A stretch of DNA of 64,000 nucleotides from an uncultured virus (IMG/VR IMGVR_UViG_3300020196_000023) (lineage: Duplodnaviria; Heunggongvirae; Uroviricota; Caudoviricetes). The notes beneath the pieces were generated by a model. The model was not told the DNA's origin, did no database searches, and saw only the letters and a list, made by a program, of their open reading frames with translations. Position numbers and translations under genes: made by a program. Shown here piece after piece: positions 41,108 to 51,354 of the stretch (position 1 is the stretch's first letter; every line of letters begins with the position of its first letter). The stretch lies in IMG/VR virus record IMGVR_UViG_3300020196_000023. The stretch is one strand, 5' to 3'.

Positions 41108-42085
41108 ATGTCTTTTTTTGATAGCAAACAAGAAACAATAAATATAGAATTAACATCTTATGGAAAGATGTTGTTATCAAAAGGCAAATTTAAACCTGTA
41201 TATTATGCTTTTTTTGACGATGACGTAATTTATGATTCATCATATATAAACATTACTGAATCTCAAAATGACATCGTTCAAAGAATAATGAACGAAACAC
41301 CAGTTAATAAACCACAATATATTTTTGTTGGCACTGATCAAACAGTTGGTAATAACATAGAATTATTTTCTGAATATGTAGTTCAAGAAACAGAGACAAT
41401 GAGCATAAAAGATGCACTAAAAACCTTGGAACAACAAAATATTTCTGAAAAAAAATACGCTCTGTCTGCCCCTCTAGGCAAATCATCCTTCAAATCAGAG
41501 TATTACCCTGCTTGGCATATAAATCTATTAAGTGGGGCTATTAGCTCTTCTAATCCATATGTTGATAATAGTGATGGATTCCTTGGCTCGCTACAACCAT
41601 ATCTAAAAATACCACAATTAAATTTAACAGACGGTATACAACAATTATTATTAAGAAAAGATAATTCTTTTCAAACCACACCAGAAGGATATGAAAATGT
41701 TGGCTTTTTAATTGATTCTAATGGTGATACGACTTCGATAAATCTAAAAATAGAACAATATTTATTAGAAGTTATGGAAAAAAATGTCGATGATGTAAAA
41801 GATAATTTTGATATTGAAGTATTTATAGAACAAAGCGGTAGTCAAAGTGTTATTTGGAAACAGCTTTCATTTATCAAACAGCCAACATATATTAAAAATA
41901 ATATATTATTAGACGTTCCAGAAGAACCAAAAAATGCCTCAGAAATATATAAAAATCCTAATTTCGTTGAACATTATTTAAAAATATTAATTGATGATGA
42001 GATAATATTGCCGCCTAAACAAAAGATTAAAGTTCAAGCATACGATTCCAAGGTTACACCTGATTCTATTGGAGATGATTGCTAA
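41108..42085 (+). CDS. Virion structural protein, N-terminus similar to 47435
   Basis: FFD..ELTSYGKMLLSKG..YAFFDDDVIY resembles FLD..VLTDTGRMRLAKG..FALADDEIDY. Confidence 0.6.
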   Translation: MSFFDSKQETINIELTSYGKMLLSKGKFKPVYYAFFDDDVIYDSSYINITESQNDIVQRIMNETPVNKPQYIFVGTDQTVGNNIELFSEYVVQETETMSIKDALKTLEQQNISEKKYALSAPLGKSSFKSEYYPAWHINLLSGAISSSNPYVDNSDGFLGSLQPYLKIPQLNLTDGIQQLLLRKDNSFQTTPEGYENVGFLIDSNGDTTSINLKIEQYLLEVMEKNVDDVKDNFDIEVFIEQSGSQSVIWKQLSFIKQPTYIKNNILLDVPEEPKNASEIYKNPNFVEHYLKILIDDEIILPPKQKIKVQAYDSKVTPDSIGDDC

Positions 42086-45000
42086 TGATTTTTACTGTTA
42101 GCCAAGAAAATATTGATAGCATTATATCATCTACTTTTCCGACAGTAGAATATTTTAATTTTAATTCTGTAATTTTAGATAATTATGGTCCAAGTGCCAC
42201 TTCTGTTAAGCTATCCTTTATATTACAAGATGATATACAATCATTAAAAGTATTTAATAACCTAACAGCTAAAAAAATGATGTTTTTAAAAATATTTGAA
42301 ATTAATTCGCAACAAATGCGGGATCAAATATCAACTATTAAAAATATAAAAGATTTAAATAAAATACTACAACAAAATAATGTTTATTATAAAGATTTAA
42401 ATGCCGCCCTGTCTTTTATAGGAGATACAAAAGATGTTTATCAGCATTTTACGCAAGATAAAAGAGTATTTTTAAATTATTCTTTTAATTTTACATTACC
42501 TAAAAAAGACCCGCAATATTTATCTTTTGGAGCTGTATTTTATTATGATACAGATATATATTCAGAGGAAAACAAATTACCAAAAGAATATATTAATTAC
42601 GAAACTATATTCGGGCCTGTAAAAACAACCAATATTATAGATAACTTTTTGCCTAATTCCCCAGTTCTAAAAGATTTAAGAATATTAAAAGATATTTTTA
42701 CAGTAGAAAAGCTATACCAACAAATTAGTTTTAAAACAACTGGCCCAAAGTTGTTATCATCAAAAACTAAAAAAACTCCATATAATCAATATTTTTCAAA
42801 TTTATATATTTCTAAAAAATCAGAAAATACAGCTGGATTATTATTTAACATAGATTATCATAAATTAATTTTTGAGAATTCTCCTGTTAAAGATATTATT
42901 TTTAGAAGCCAAGATGTAAATACTTTATTAAATAAATCTTATATATCGAATGTTACAATTAAAAAAAGGTTAGTAAAAAAACATAATAAATCCTTTATAG
43001 ATTTAACTGAGCAACCAGAAAATCTAATAAGCACATCTGATGGAGACAATTTATTATTAGTAAATAATAATAATGATAATGGCGGAATAGAAGAAGTAGT
43101 TTTAGATACTAGTTCCACTTTAAAGCTAAGAACTGTTGCTGCGGAAGACAAAAAAGTTTATTCTAATAAAAAAGGCTCTTATCAATACGGTGTGGAGATA
43201 AAGGTAGTTGATGGTATAATAGAATATTTAAAAAATATTAGCAAACTATTATCAGATGATAATAATATGATAGTTAAATATTTATCTGAGACTGATAAGA
43301 CGGTTACTACTTCTAGAATGCTTTATGAGGCTAATCCACACTCTAAGGCAAGTAATAGTGCTATGTCTGGCTTCTATGATCCATTAGCTGGTAAATTTAC
43401 ACCATACTTTATGTATGTGTATTTTCCAAGAAATTATAGTGATAGCTTATTAACTGCTATTTCTAGATTTATGAGCGTATTGGATCTTTTTGGTTTTGTT
43501 AAAAAAGACATAGAAAAAGTAAGGTCTGTGCTTATATCATTTATTAATCCTGCTTTTGCTACTGCGCAAACAATACAATATTTTGCCAATTCACATAGTC
43601 GATTAATAAATCAAATCAACAAAATATTAAATGAATCTTATAACAATAATTATTCGTTAGAGCATTGGTTTGAAAATGATGTATTGGAAGTAGATAATAA
43701 ATCACAATATGGCTATAGATTTATAAATATCCAAAATGATTCTATATTTGGTAAAATAGATAGTGATTATATTAATCTTAGAACCGAAGAAGAGATATTA
43801 AAATACTCCAGCAAGTCAGATATTTCTGGTTCCCAGTTAAGTTCTAAGTTTTCATATGTATCACCAATAGAGATATCTTTAGAAAATAATACATTTGATT
43901 TAGAACAATTAAAAGTAGAAAAGAATTTCTATCCTCTAGAAGATTACAAAAATATAGAATTAGAAATTAAGCGTTATAACTTATTAAAAGAAAAAGATAA
44001 GCAAGTTATAACCTCTAATAAGATAACTGCCATATCACAAAATCAACAAAAAGAAATATTGAAAAATAATAGATTATTTAGTGACGAATCTGTATCTATA
44101 CAAATTATTGATTCGCTAGCTAGTGATATAAGCGGTAGCGAATATAAACTTAAAACAGATATTGATCCAACAATGCTTTATTTAGGTTTGGCTAAGTATC
44201 CCGATAAACAAAATAATGTTGCAAGCTCAAGTTTGCAAGCAGAATTATTAATTGAAGGCAACGGTCGTTATTTTGATAACACAAATAAAGAAAATATATT
44301 TTTGAAAGATTTAGATCTTAACTCTAAATATAATATTTTATATAACACTATACATAAAATAGATTTCCTATCCTATGATCAAAATTTGAAGAAAGAAATA
44401 TGGACTACTTTTGATCAAAAATCATATTTGGATATGGAAAGTAAGAAAACAATCCTATGCAGAATAACGCCAACCAATATTGATGCCTATTCTAATATTT
44501 CTTTACCAATACACAATAAGTATTTCCTGCTTACATATAAACAGGAAACGCCCGTCAGTTTTAGAACACCCGATGATGAAATAGTGAATCCTATTAGGCC
44601 ATCTTTTGTATTTCCAAAACCACCGCCAATTATTGATCAGCCACCACTTCCCTCCATACCAGAACCAGCAACTTTGGAATTGGGACCGATTTTTGTTACT
44701 TCTTTTGTTGCTGCCGAGCCGCCAGCTATATCTTTACCTATTGAGCCACCGGCAGACCCACCGCCTGTATTGCCTGTAGATGGGAATTATAAATTAGACA
44801 GTGATAAGTTTAATACTGATATAAATGGCTGGGAACTCGCCCCCGATACCAGATATTCTATCAATGATAGACAAAATATTATATTTGGCCCTAGTATATC
44901 TAAAAAAATTATAATTTTAAAAAGCCGAACAAAAATTGGTAATGATTCTAGATATATGTTTATTGCCCAACATGTTGATCCTAATAGAAAATTATATAGA

Positions 45001-45405
45001 AATAAAAAAAATCGCTTATACATTATCGATAGATTACAAGATAAAATTTTATGGGAATTGGGGGCCGGGGACGGTACGTTAAATAACGTCTGGGAATTAG
45101 ATGATAATCTAGATAACACGGGTCCAGAATTCATAACAATTAGGGATGGACAATTACAAATTTTTACACGCGGTACAGACTCAAGCTCATATAAAGTATT
45201 AATAACCGCCGGTATACAATATTCTGATCCCTCTATAGCTTCTACTGCCTATTTAATTTTGCAAGATGATGGCAACTTATCACTTTATGTAGCTGGAAAC
45301 CAAGTGTGGGCTACGAATACCTACGATGGACGCTACAGTAAATCTCCAAAAAATTATGGTGGTGGTAGTGGTAATGATATAAACGTAATTAAGGGAGTTA
45401 AATAG
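42085..45405 (+). CDS. Virion protein with Pro-rich linker and C-terminal bulb-type lectin domain
   Basis: TAATG coupling at 42083; PPPIIDQPPLP..PPADPPP; LILQDDGNLSLY..VWATNT. Confidence 0.65.
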   Translation: MIFTVSQENIDSIISSTFPTVEYFNFNSVILDNYGPSATSVKLSFILQDDIQSLKVFNNLTAKKMMFLKIFEINSQQMRDQISTIKNIKDLNKILQQNNVYYKDLNAALSFIGDTKDVYQHFTQDKRVFLNYSFNFTLPKKDPQYLSFGAVFYYDTDIYSEENKLPKEYINYETIFGPVKTTNIIDNFLPNSPVLKDLRILKDIFTVEKLYQQISFKTTGPKLLSSKTKKTPYNQYFSNLYISKKSENTAGLLFNIDYHKLIFENSPVKDIIFRSQDVNTLLNKSYISNVTIKKRLVKKHNKSFIDLTEQPENLISTSDGDNLLLVNNNNDNGGIEEVVLDTSSTLKLRTVAAEDKKVYSNKKGSYQYGVEIKVVDGIIEYLKNISKLLSDDNNMIVKYLSETDKTVTTSRMLYEANPHSKASNSAMSGFYDPLAGKFTPYFMYVYFPRNYSDSLLTAISRFMSVLDLFGFVKKDIEKVRSVLISFINPAFATAQTIQYFANSHSRLINQINKILNESYNNNYSLEHWFENDVLEVDNKSQYGYRFINIQNDSIFGKIDSDYINLRTEEEILKYSSKSDISGSQLSSKFSYVSPIEISLENNTFDLEQLKVEKNFYPLEDYKNIELEIKRYNLLKEKDKQVITSNKITAISQNQQKEILKNNRLFSDESVSIQIIDSLASDISGSEYKLKTDIDPTMLYLGLAKYPDKQNNVASSSLQAELLIEGNGRYFDNTNKENIFLKDLDLNSKYNILYNTIHKIDFLSYDQNLKKEIWTTFDQKSYLDMESKKTILCRITPTNIDAYSNISLPIHNKYFLLTYKQETPVSFRTPDDEIVNPIRPSFVFPKPPPIIDQPPLPSIPEPATLELGPIFVTSFVAAEPPAISLPIEPPADPPPVLPVDGNYKLDSDKFNTDINGWELAPDTRYSINDRQNIIFGPSISKKIIILKSRTKIGNDSRYMFIAQHVDPNRKLYRNKKNRLYIIDRLQDKILWELGAGDGTLNNVWELDDNLDNTGPEFITIRDGQLQIFTRGTDSSSYKVLITAGIQYSDPSIASTAYLILQDDGNLSLYVAGNQVWATNTYDGRYSKSPKNYGGGSGNDINVIKGVK

Positions 45406-47378
45406 TGTCTAAAATAGATAAAAAAATAAAACTCTTTTCAACCGATATATATCAATTTTCTAAAGATCCGTTTAGAAACGCTATAAGTGTCATAAAAAAG
45501 GATAGTGGCGATATAACACTTAATCCTACAATTAGAATTAATGAATATCGAGAGGCATATAATAACTTAAATATTTTTTCTGGTTATTTTGAATTTGATT
45601 GTGGCTCAAAAAACGCTAAACAGCTAGCTAATACATTAAAGCCAATTTTAAATATTCCAATACAAAATACCTATATAGTTGCTGATAAACATTATGAAAT
45701 AAATGAAGAAATGAAAAAAGCTGGTTTGCAAAATGCCAGCGGGCTATTAAAGTTTGAATCTAAATTTACATATAACTATCTTTCTAAAAATTATGAAACT
45801 TATTTAAATTCATATCCAAATTTATTAGAACTTAATTATCCATATTTTTATGGAATAATGAATGAAATATATGCTAGTAGATATGCTTCTAAGGCATTAT
45901 TATTGTTAAAAAATAAGTTTAATCTTCCACAAAGCCTAATCAATACAACAAATATTAGAAATAATTTAAAGAAAATTACAATACCATCAAAAATATTATT
46001 TCAAAATACATTAACTAATTTCAATAATGTATTTAATACACTTAACGCGGATTCTAATTATTTTCCATTTTATTCTAGTACATTTATTGATTTACATCAA
46101 AAGCCCTTAAATAACATAAGCGATTTATTTGCTGATAATAATATTTATGGTTCTTTATTAAATTATTCAACTGTTGGCGGTATAAGTCAAAAACTTGCCA
46201 CTTACGAAAGAGGTTCCGCAGCAGTTATAAAAGAATATAATAAGAAATATGTTGATAGCACAACTGTAGACACATTAATAGCTGGTATGCGCGGCAAATC
46301 AATAATTTTCTTAAATAAATTTACAGAAAGAATGTTATCTAATAATGTTAAATTTAGAGATGTTCTTTATGGCGCTCCAAACTATAGTGAAGTTATAGGT
46401 TATGTTTTAAATAAATATGATACTTTTGGACCTAAATCTTCACCAATACAACAGATTTTATTTCCAAATACTAACATCGGACCAAGCATAAATTATATTG
46501 ACACACAACTAAAGTATAATAAAAAATATCGCTATTCTGTAGACTTGCTAGTAATGAATATAGATATGGTTTATAAATACACATTTGTTTCTGCTATGCC
46601 AAGTACAAATACTTTAAGGGTACAATATAGTTATGAAATAAAACCAAATATTTTATTAATAAACAATAGCGCTGAATATACAAATAAAATAATGAGTTCG
46701 CCTCCTGTAAAGCCTTATGTTGAACACTTGCCGTATGTCAATACTCCAAATAAATTAAAATTTATTGTTTATAATAATAATATACAAAATATTATAGAAA
46801 ATCCTATCTCTATACAATCATCAGACGCAGCACGTATACAAGATATAGTTTCTACACAAAATCGCACAGATGGCAAAGTGGCTTATAATTTTGATGATGG
46901 CGTAGCAACAAAATTTGAAGTTTATAGAAGTACAGAAAAACCAACGTCATATAATGATTTGGGTAATAAATTATATAAAGTAATAGAAACAAAAGATTTA
47001 GAAAATATGGCCTTCGAAGACGATATAACGCCAGAAAAATATTATTACTATACCTTTAGAGCAATTGATTATCACGAACAATTCTCTAATCCAACAGAAA
47101 TATATGAAATAGTTCATACAAATGGCGTACTTTCTATGAACACTGTTTCTTTTGATGTGCCACAAGAAGATCTAAATAAAACATTTAGAAGATTTATACA
47201 GGTATCCCCAAGCCTAGCACAATTAGAAACAGTTGAAAATTCTTTGGATGCTGTACGATTAGGCATTAATAAAGAATCAGTATGGGATAAAAAATTTAAA
47301 GTTCGTCTTACTTCTCGCTCTACCGGAAAAAAGATTGATTTTAATTTAACATTTAAGTATAATGTGCGAGATAATTAA
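45405..47378 (+). CDS. Virion structural protein with FN3-like folds
   Basis: FEVYRS..FEDDI..YYYTFRAID..SNP. Confidence 0.6.
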   Translation: MSKIDKKIKLFSTDIYQFSKDPFRNAISVIKKDSGDITLNPTIRINEYREAYNNLNIFSGYFEFDCGSKNAKQLANTLKPILNIPIQNTYIVADKHYEINEEMKKAGLQNASGLLKFESKFTYNYLSKNYETYLNSYPNLLELNYPYFYGIMNEIYASRYASKALLLLKNKFNLPQSLINTTNIRNNLKKITIPSKILFQNTLTNFNNVFNTLNADSNYFPFYSSTFIDLHQKPLNNISDLFADNNIYGSLLNYSTVGGISQKLATYERGSAAVIKEYNKKYVDSTTVDTLIAGMRGKSIIFLNKFTERMLSNNVKFRDVLYGAPNYSEVIGYVLNKYDTFGPKSSPIQQILFPNTNIGPSINYIDTQLKYNKKYRYSVDLLVMNIDMVYKYTFVSAMPSTNTLRVQYSYEIKPNILLINNSAEYTNKIMSSPPVKPYVEHLPYVNTPNKLKFIVYNNNIQNIIENPISIQSSDAARIQDIVSTQNRTDGKVAYNFDDGVATKFEVYRSTEKPTSYNDLGNKLYKVIETKDLENMAFEDDITPEKYYYYTFRAIDYHEQFSNPTEIYEIVHTNGVLSMNTVSFDVPQEDLNKTFRRFIQVSPSLAQLETVENSLDAVRLGINKESVWDKKFKVRLTSRSTGKKIDFNLTFKYNVRDN

Positions 47379-47434
47379 TAAATTATTATTTTACGTACTA
47401 GTTATAGAAAAAACTAAAAGAGGAACTATACAAC

Positions 47435-48391
47435 ATGGCATTTCTTGATAATTCTGGCGATATAATTTTAGATGCGGTTTTAACAGATACTGGTCGCATG
47501 AGATTAGCTAAAGGTGATGGTTCTTTTCGCATAGTTAAATTTGCATTAGCAGACGATGAAATAGATTATACTACCTACAATTCCTCTCATCCAAGTGGTT
47601 CTGCATATTATGATTTAGAAATTTTGCAAAGTCCTGTTTTAGAAGCTTTTACTAATAACGCTTCATCTATGAAAAGCAAGTTAATATCAATTAATAGAAA
47701 TAATCTATTATACTTACCAGTAATGAAAGTAAATAATATAGAAAGCAATGGTAATCAATTTGCGCTTTCTAGTTTAGTAAGTAATGGATATATTTTAGCT
47801 GCCGATACTATTTCTGAAACATTTCTTTCTAATACTTCGTTACTATATAATGGTTCTGCATTAAACAATCAAGGTATTTTATATGGCGCAGATAAAAGCA
47901 AAGGATCATCTATAAAAATTGATCAAGGCATAGATAATACAGCTATTAATGCTTCTACCACTCTAGATCCAGATTTAAAAGAAACTCAATATTTAATAGA
48001 AATTGATAATAGATTTGCTTCTATAGTTGACGTTAACGGCACGAATAGCGCTACACCATCATATATTGATGATGACAATATCGCAACTTATTCTTTTTCT
48101 TATAATGTTGATACTGAATTCGTTGGTGATATTCCACCCGCAGTTAATAATTCGTCCGCTGGACAAGTCATAGCTGGCGCGAGGGGCACATACTTTAAAT
48201 TTAAACTTGCTTCCGCCCTTGATATTTCTTCAACAAATTATTTATTTAATACACTAGGCATGACTATGACAGGTTTTACTGGCGTTATCGTAGCAAATGT
48301 CCAATCAATTTTAACAAGTATAAGAATCTCAGGAGTTACAACTGGTAATTATGTTGATATTCCGTTGCTAATTGTTAGAGCAAGTTCTTAA
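47435..48391 (+). CDS. Baseplate/tail-collar-like structural protein
   Basis: GAGG SD; ACTAGTTAT upstream; LTDTGR..FALADDEIDY. Confidence 0.65.
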   Translation: MAFLDNSGDIILDAVLTDTGRMRLAKGDGSFRIVKFALADDEIDYTTYNSSHPSGSAYYDLEILQSPVLEAFTNNASSMKSKLISINRNNLLYLPVMKVNNIESNGNQFALSSLVSNGYILAADTISETFLSNTSLLYNGSALNNQGILYGADKSKGSSIKIDQGIDNTAINASTTLDPDLKETQYLIEIDNRFASIVDVNGTNSATPSYIDDDNIATYSFSYNVDTEFVGDIPPAVNNSSAGQVIAGARGTYFKFKLASALDISSTNYLFNTLGMTMTGFTGVIVANVQSILTSIRISGVTTGNYVDIPLLIVRASS

Positions 48392-48414
48392 GAATAACAA
48401 AAAGGAATTAAATA

Positions 48415-49521
48415 ATGTCTACAACATTTAAGACTTTATTAGACGATGACGTAGTATCAACAAAAACCCTATTACACGAAAACATACCAATAACTGGTAC
48501 CATCGTATCTAGTTCGGTATATGGCACTAATAGTATTAAATCATATTCTCATGGCATGTTCCAAAGCGTATATGATTATCCATATTTAAGCTCTTCTGCG
48601 AATCAGCTATTTGATATGATAGTTGGACAAACTGCTAATTCTCCCGGTAGCAGTTCTTCTGACGCATACGCAAAAAAGAAAATAAATATCTATAACCAAA
48701 TGGCACAAGTATTAGCAGGACATGATACTACTGGTTCTGTACTACGTTTTGATAGAGATGGCAACCCATCCAGCACAGAAGATAAATTTACATCAATGTT
48801 TTTCCTTAATTTCTCTCGTCTTCTTGTTAAAGACGAAATTAAAAAAGGAAGTTTTGCATTAACTCTAGGTATAGCTTCTTCTAGTGCTGCTCCTTTTACC
48901 AGCACATGCACCGTTTTGGATGCTAGTGGTTCAACAAATTATTTAATTAATTCACCCGCTGGTGAATATGGCATTCTTTATTCTTCTGGTAGCGATTTAA
49001 GTGCCGGTAGAAACAATGCAGTTGGTTTTGTATTCTACCAAGCAGGAGTAGCAGCAATTTCTACTGGTATTTTTGCACAATCTGGTACAAACAATCCAAC
49101 ATCTTCTATGTCTAGCAGCTATTACGGACAATTGACCGGTACATTAAATGCCTCTGTAAATAACTCTTCTTCTTGGACAATACAAGATTTATTTAGGTCT
49201 GGCACCATTGACCAAGCAAACGCCGCTTTAAGAAATCGCATACAAAATATTACATTTAATAATACAACTGAATTAAATTCTACTATTCATTTTTGTCGTA
49301 TAAATCATAATGAATTCAACTATAGTTCTAATCAAACATACCTAACTTCTAGCCAAATAAGAGTTAAGGGCGGAAATGCATCAGCCGCACCAGTTAGTTA
49401 TATAACCACTGTTGGATTATATTCTCCAGATAATGAATTGCTAGCCGTAGCTAAATTATCAGAACCAATAAAAAAATCGCCAACTGAGGAGATGATACTT
49501 CGCGTGCGGTTAGATTACTGA
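48415..49521 (+). CDS. Baseplate/tail structural protein
   Basis: C-terminal EFNYSSN..YITTVGLY..ELLAVAKLSEPIKK..VRLDY; paralog of 51355. Confidence 0.7.
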   Translation: MSTTFKTLLDDDVVSTKTLLHENIPITGTIVSSSVYGTNSIKSYSHGMFQSVYDYPYLSSSANQLFDMIVGQTANSPGSSSSDAYAKKKINIYNQMAQVLAGHDTTGSVLRFDRDGNPSSTEDKFTSMFFLNFSRLLVKDEIKKGSFALTLGIASSSAAPFTSTCTVLDASGSTNYLINSPAGEYGILYSSGSDLSAGRNNAVGFVFYQAGVAAISTGIFAQSGTNNPTSSMSSSYYGQLTGTLNASVNNSSSWTIQDLFRSGTIDQANAALRNRIQNITFNNTTELNSTIHFCRINHNEFNYSSNQTYLTSSQIRVKGGNASAAPVSYITTVGLYSPDNELLAVAKLSEPIKKSPTEEMILRVRLDY

Positions 49522-49589
49522 TTTTCATACTTCTTACTTAACACGATTTTTGTTTTCTGCTACTATATACTTTATAGGAGGCAAAAAAC

Positions 49590-50564
49590 ATGCCAACATA
49601 TAATAAAATTTGTGAAGCTTGTAAAAAAGATTTTATTGCGGGCAGAAAAGACAAACAATTTTGCTCTGTTGGCTGCATAAAGAAGGAACTTTACAAGAAA
49701 ATTGAACCAAAAAAGCTTATATGCATCTTTTGTAATGCGGAATTCTTCTCAAAAAAACAATCTTCCAAATATTGTTCAAAAACTTGTATTAACAAGGGCG
49801 CTAAATCACATCCCGATGTGCAATTAATATGCAAAGAATGCAATAATCCATTCAATGTTAAATATGTTCATCGCGATAAGCTATTTTGTTCAAGAAGCTG
49901 TGCTACTACACATCAAAATAGAAAGATGTTTGCTGACGATATAGTAAAAACCAAAATTTCAGAAACAAAGAAAGCGCAATATGCATCTGGTGAAATCCTG
50001 CATCCATTTTCTGGAAGGGCTCACACGGAAGAAACAAAGAAAAAGATATCAAAAATACGTATTGACAATGATCTTTCAAAGGGCGCTAACAATCCTATGT
50101 ATGGAAAAAGCCATAGTGAAGAAACAAAACAAAAAATTTCTAATACAAGAATTAAAAAAATTATGAATGGAGATTATTCTCAATGGTTTAAAAAAGGTAC
50201 TTTATTTAGTATTAAGCTAAGAAGAGAAATAACGTTTAGAAGCTCTTGGGAGGAAATAGCTTATAAGTTTTTAGAAACTTGTAAAGATGTAAAAGAATAC
50301 TCTCCAGAACCCTTTAGTATACCATATAAATATTTTTCAGCAAGAAGGTTATATTTACCAGATATTTTAATTACTTATTATGATGGACGACAAAAACTAA
50401 TAGAAATTAAACCAATATCTTTAATAACTGCCGATATTAACCAATCTAAGTTCAAAGCCGCTCGACAATATTGTGAAGAAAAAGGCATCATATTTGAAGT
50501 ATGGTCAGAGCAAAAAATAGAAGAATTAAAAAAGTTGCTTGATTTAGAATGCGCTACTATTTAG
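49590..50564 (+). CDS. Putative homing endonuclease: Zn-finger repeats, NUMOD3 motifs, TnsA/gp4-like PD-(D/E)XK domain
   Basis: Three CxxC..F/YCS..C units; HTEETKKKIS and NPMYGKSHSEETKQKIS; FRSSWE..EP..YLPD..EIKP; AGGAGG SD. Confidence 0.82.
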   Translation: MPTYNKICEACKKDFIAGRKDKQFCSVGCIKKELYKKIEPKKLICIFCNAEFFSKKQSSKYCSKTCINKGAKSHPDVQLICKECNNPFNVKYVHRDKLFCSRSCATTHQNRKMFADDIVKTKISETKKAQYASGEILHPFSGRAHTEETKKKISKIRIDNDLSKGANNPMYGKSHSEETKQKISNTRIKKIMNGDYSQWFKKGTLFSIKLRREITFRSSWEEIAYKFLETCKDVKEYSPEPFSIPYKYFSARRLYLPDILITYYDGRQKLIEIKPISLITADINQSKFKAARQYCEEKGIIFEVWSEQKIEELKKLLDLECATI

Positions 50565-50568
50565 TCAT

Positions 50569-50805
50569 ATGTCATATAAAAAATTTGATGAAACAGATAT
50601 AATATTTAATACCGTAAAAACTAAACCAAAGTTTAAATTTAAAATTTATGGTGGTAGTTTATATATTAATAACACAGTAGAAAGTTCTATATACTTACAA
50701 AAGTTAAATGAAGAAGTTATATATATACCTCCTACTGGCTGTTTGTTAGATTATGCTTATGATTTTTCTTGTGCTGCAAATTCACAGTATGTCGCTACTA
50801 TGTAA
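50569..50805 (+). CDS. Small structural-module protein
   Basis: 78-aa ORF after ACTATTTAG. Confidence 0.6.
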   Translation: MSYKKFDETDIIFNTVKTKPKFKFKIYGGSLYINNTVESSIYLQKLNEEVIYIPPTGCLLDYAYDFSCAANSQYVATM

Positions 50806-50815
50806 GGTATAGTAT

Positions 50816-51316
50816 ATGTCACTAAATATTAAAGACGGTAATGGGTCGTCAACAACATTAAAAACAACATTAGATTCTGGCGATCATGTCCCGCATCATA
50901 AAATTGATGGAACTATAACCGTCACTTCCTCTTTAGCTAGTCCTTTAGCTATTACAGGCACCATAACAACTGCTGTTCCTGCGGTTACGACAGTTACAAA
51001 AGCTGCCACTACTTCTTTTTCTTGGAATACGGTAGCTAGTGGAACATTTAATATCGTTAGTGAGAGCGTTTCTAGAAAAGGTTTAACAATATTTAACCCC
51101 GGTCCAAATAATCTATATATTTCTCTTTCTACAAACGGTGGCGTAACGCACGGTTTTACATTATTAAATACGGCAAGCGCACCTACAGTTTATACAACAA
51201 TTTTATACCCATCAGGTACATATATAGCTGATCAAACAAACGCTGGCGTATATTATGGTGGATATTTCATTAGCGGCTCTGCATCAACTGGCATATTTGC
51301 TACTTCAATATCATAA
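50816..51316 (+). CDS. Ser/Thr-rich beta protein, probably virion-associated
   Basis: ITVTSS/ITGT repeats, RKGLTIFN..LYI motif. Confidence 0.6.
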   Translation: MSLNIKDGNGSSTTLKTTLDSGDHVPHHKIDGTITVTSSLASPLAITGTITTAVPAVTTVTKAATTSFSWNTVASGTFNIVSESVSRKGLTIFNPGPNNLYISLSTNGGVTHGFTLLNTASAPTVYTTILYPSGTYIADQTNAGVYYGGYFISGSASTGIFATSIS

Positions 51317-51335
51317 AATATCTTAATTTTTATTT

Positions 51336-51346
51336 TGTGGTATAAT
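51336..51346 (+). promoter_or_regulatory. Extended -10 promoter, near-leaderless
   Basis: TGTGGTATAAT 8 nt before ATG 51355; no SD. Confidence 0.55.
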
Positions 51347-51354
51347 TATATATT

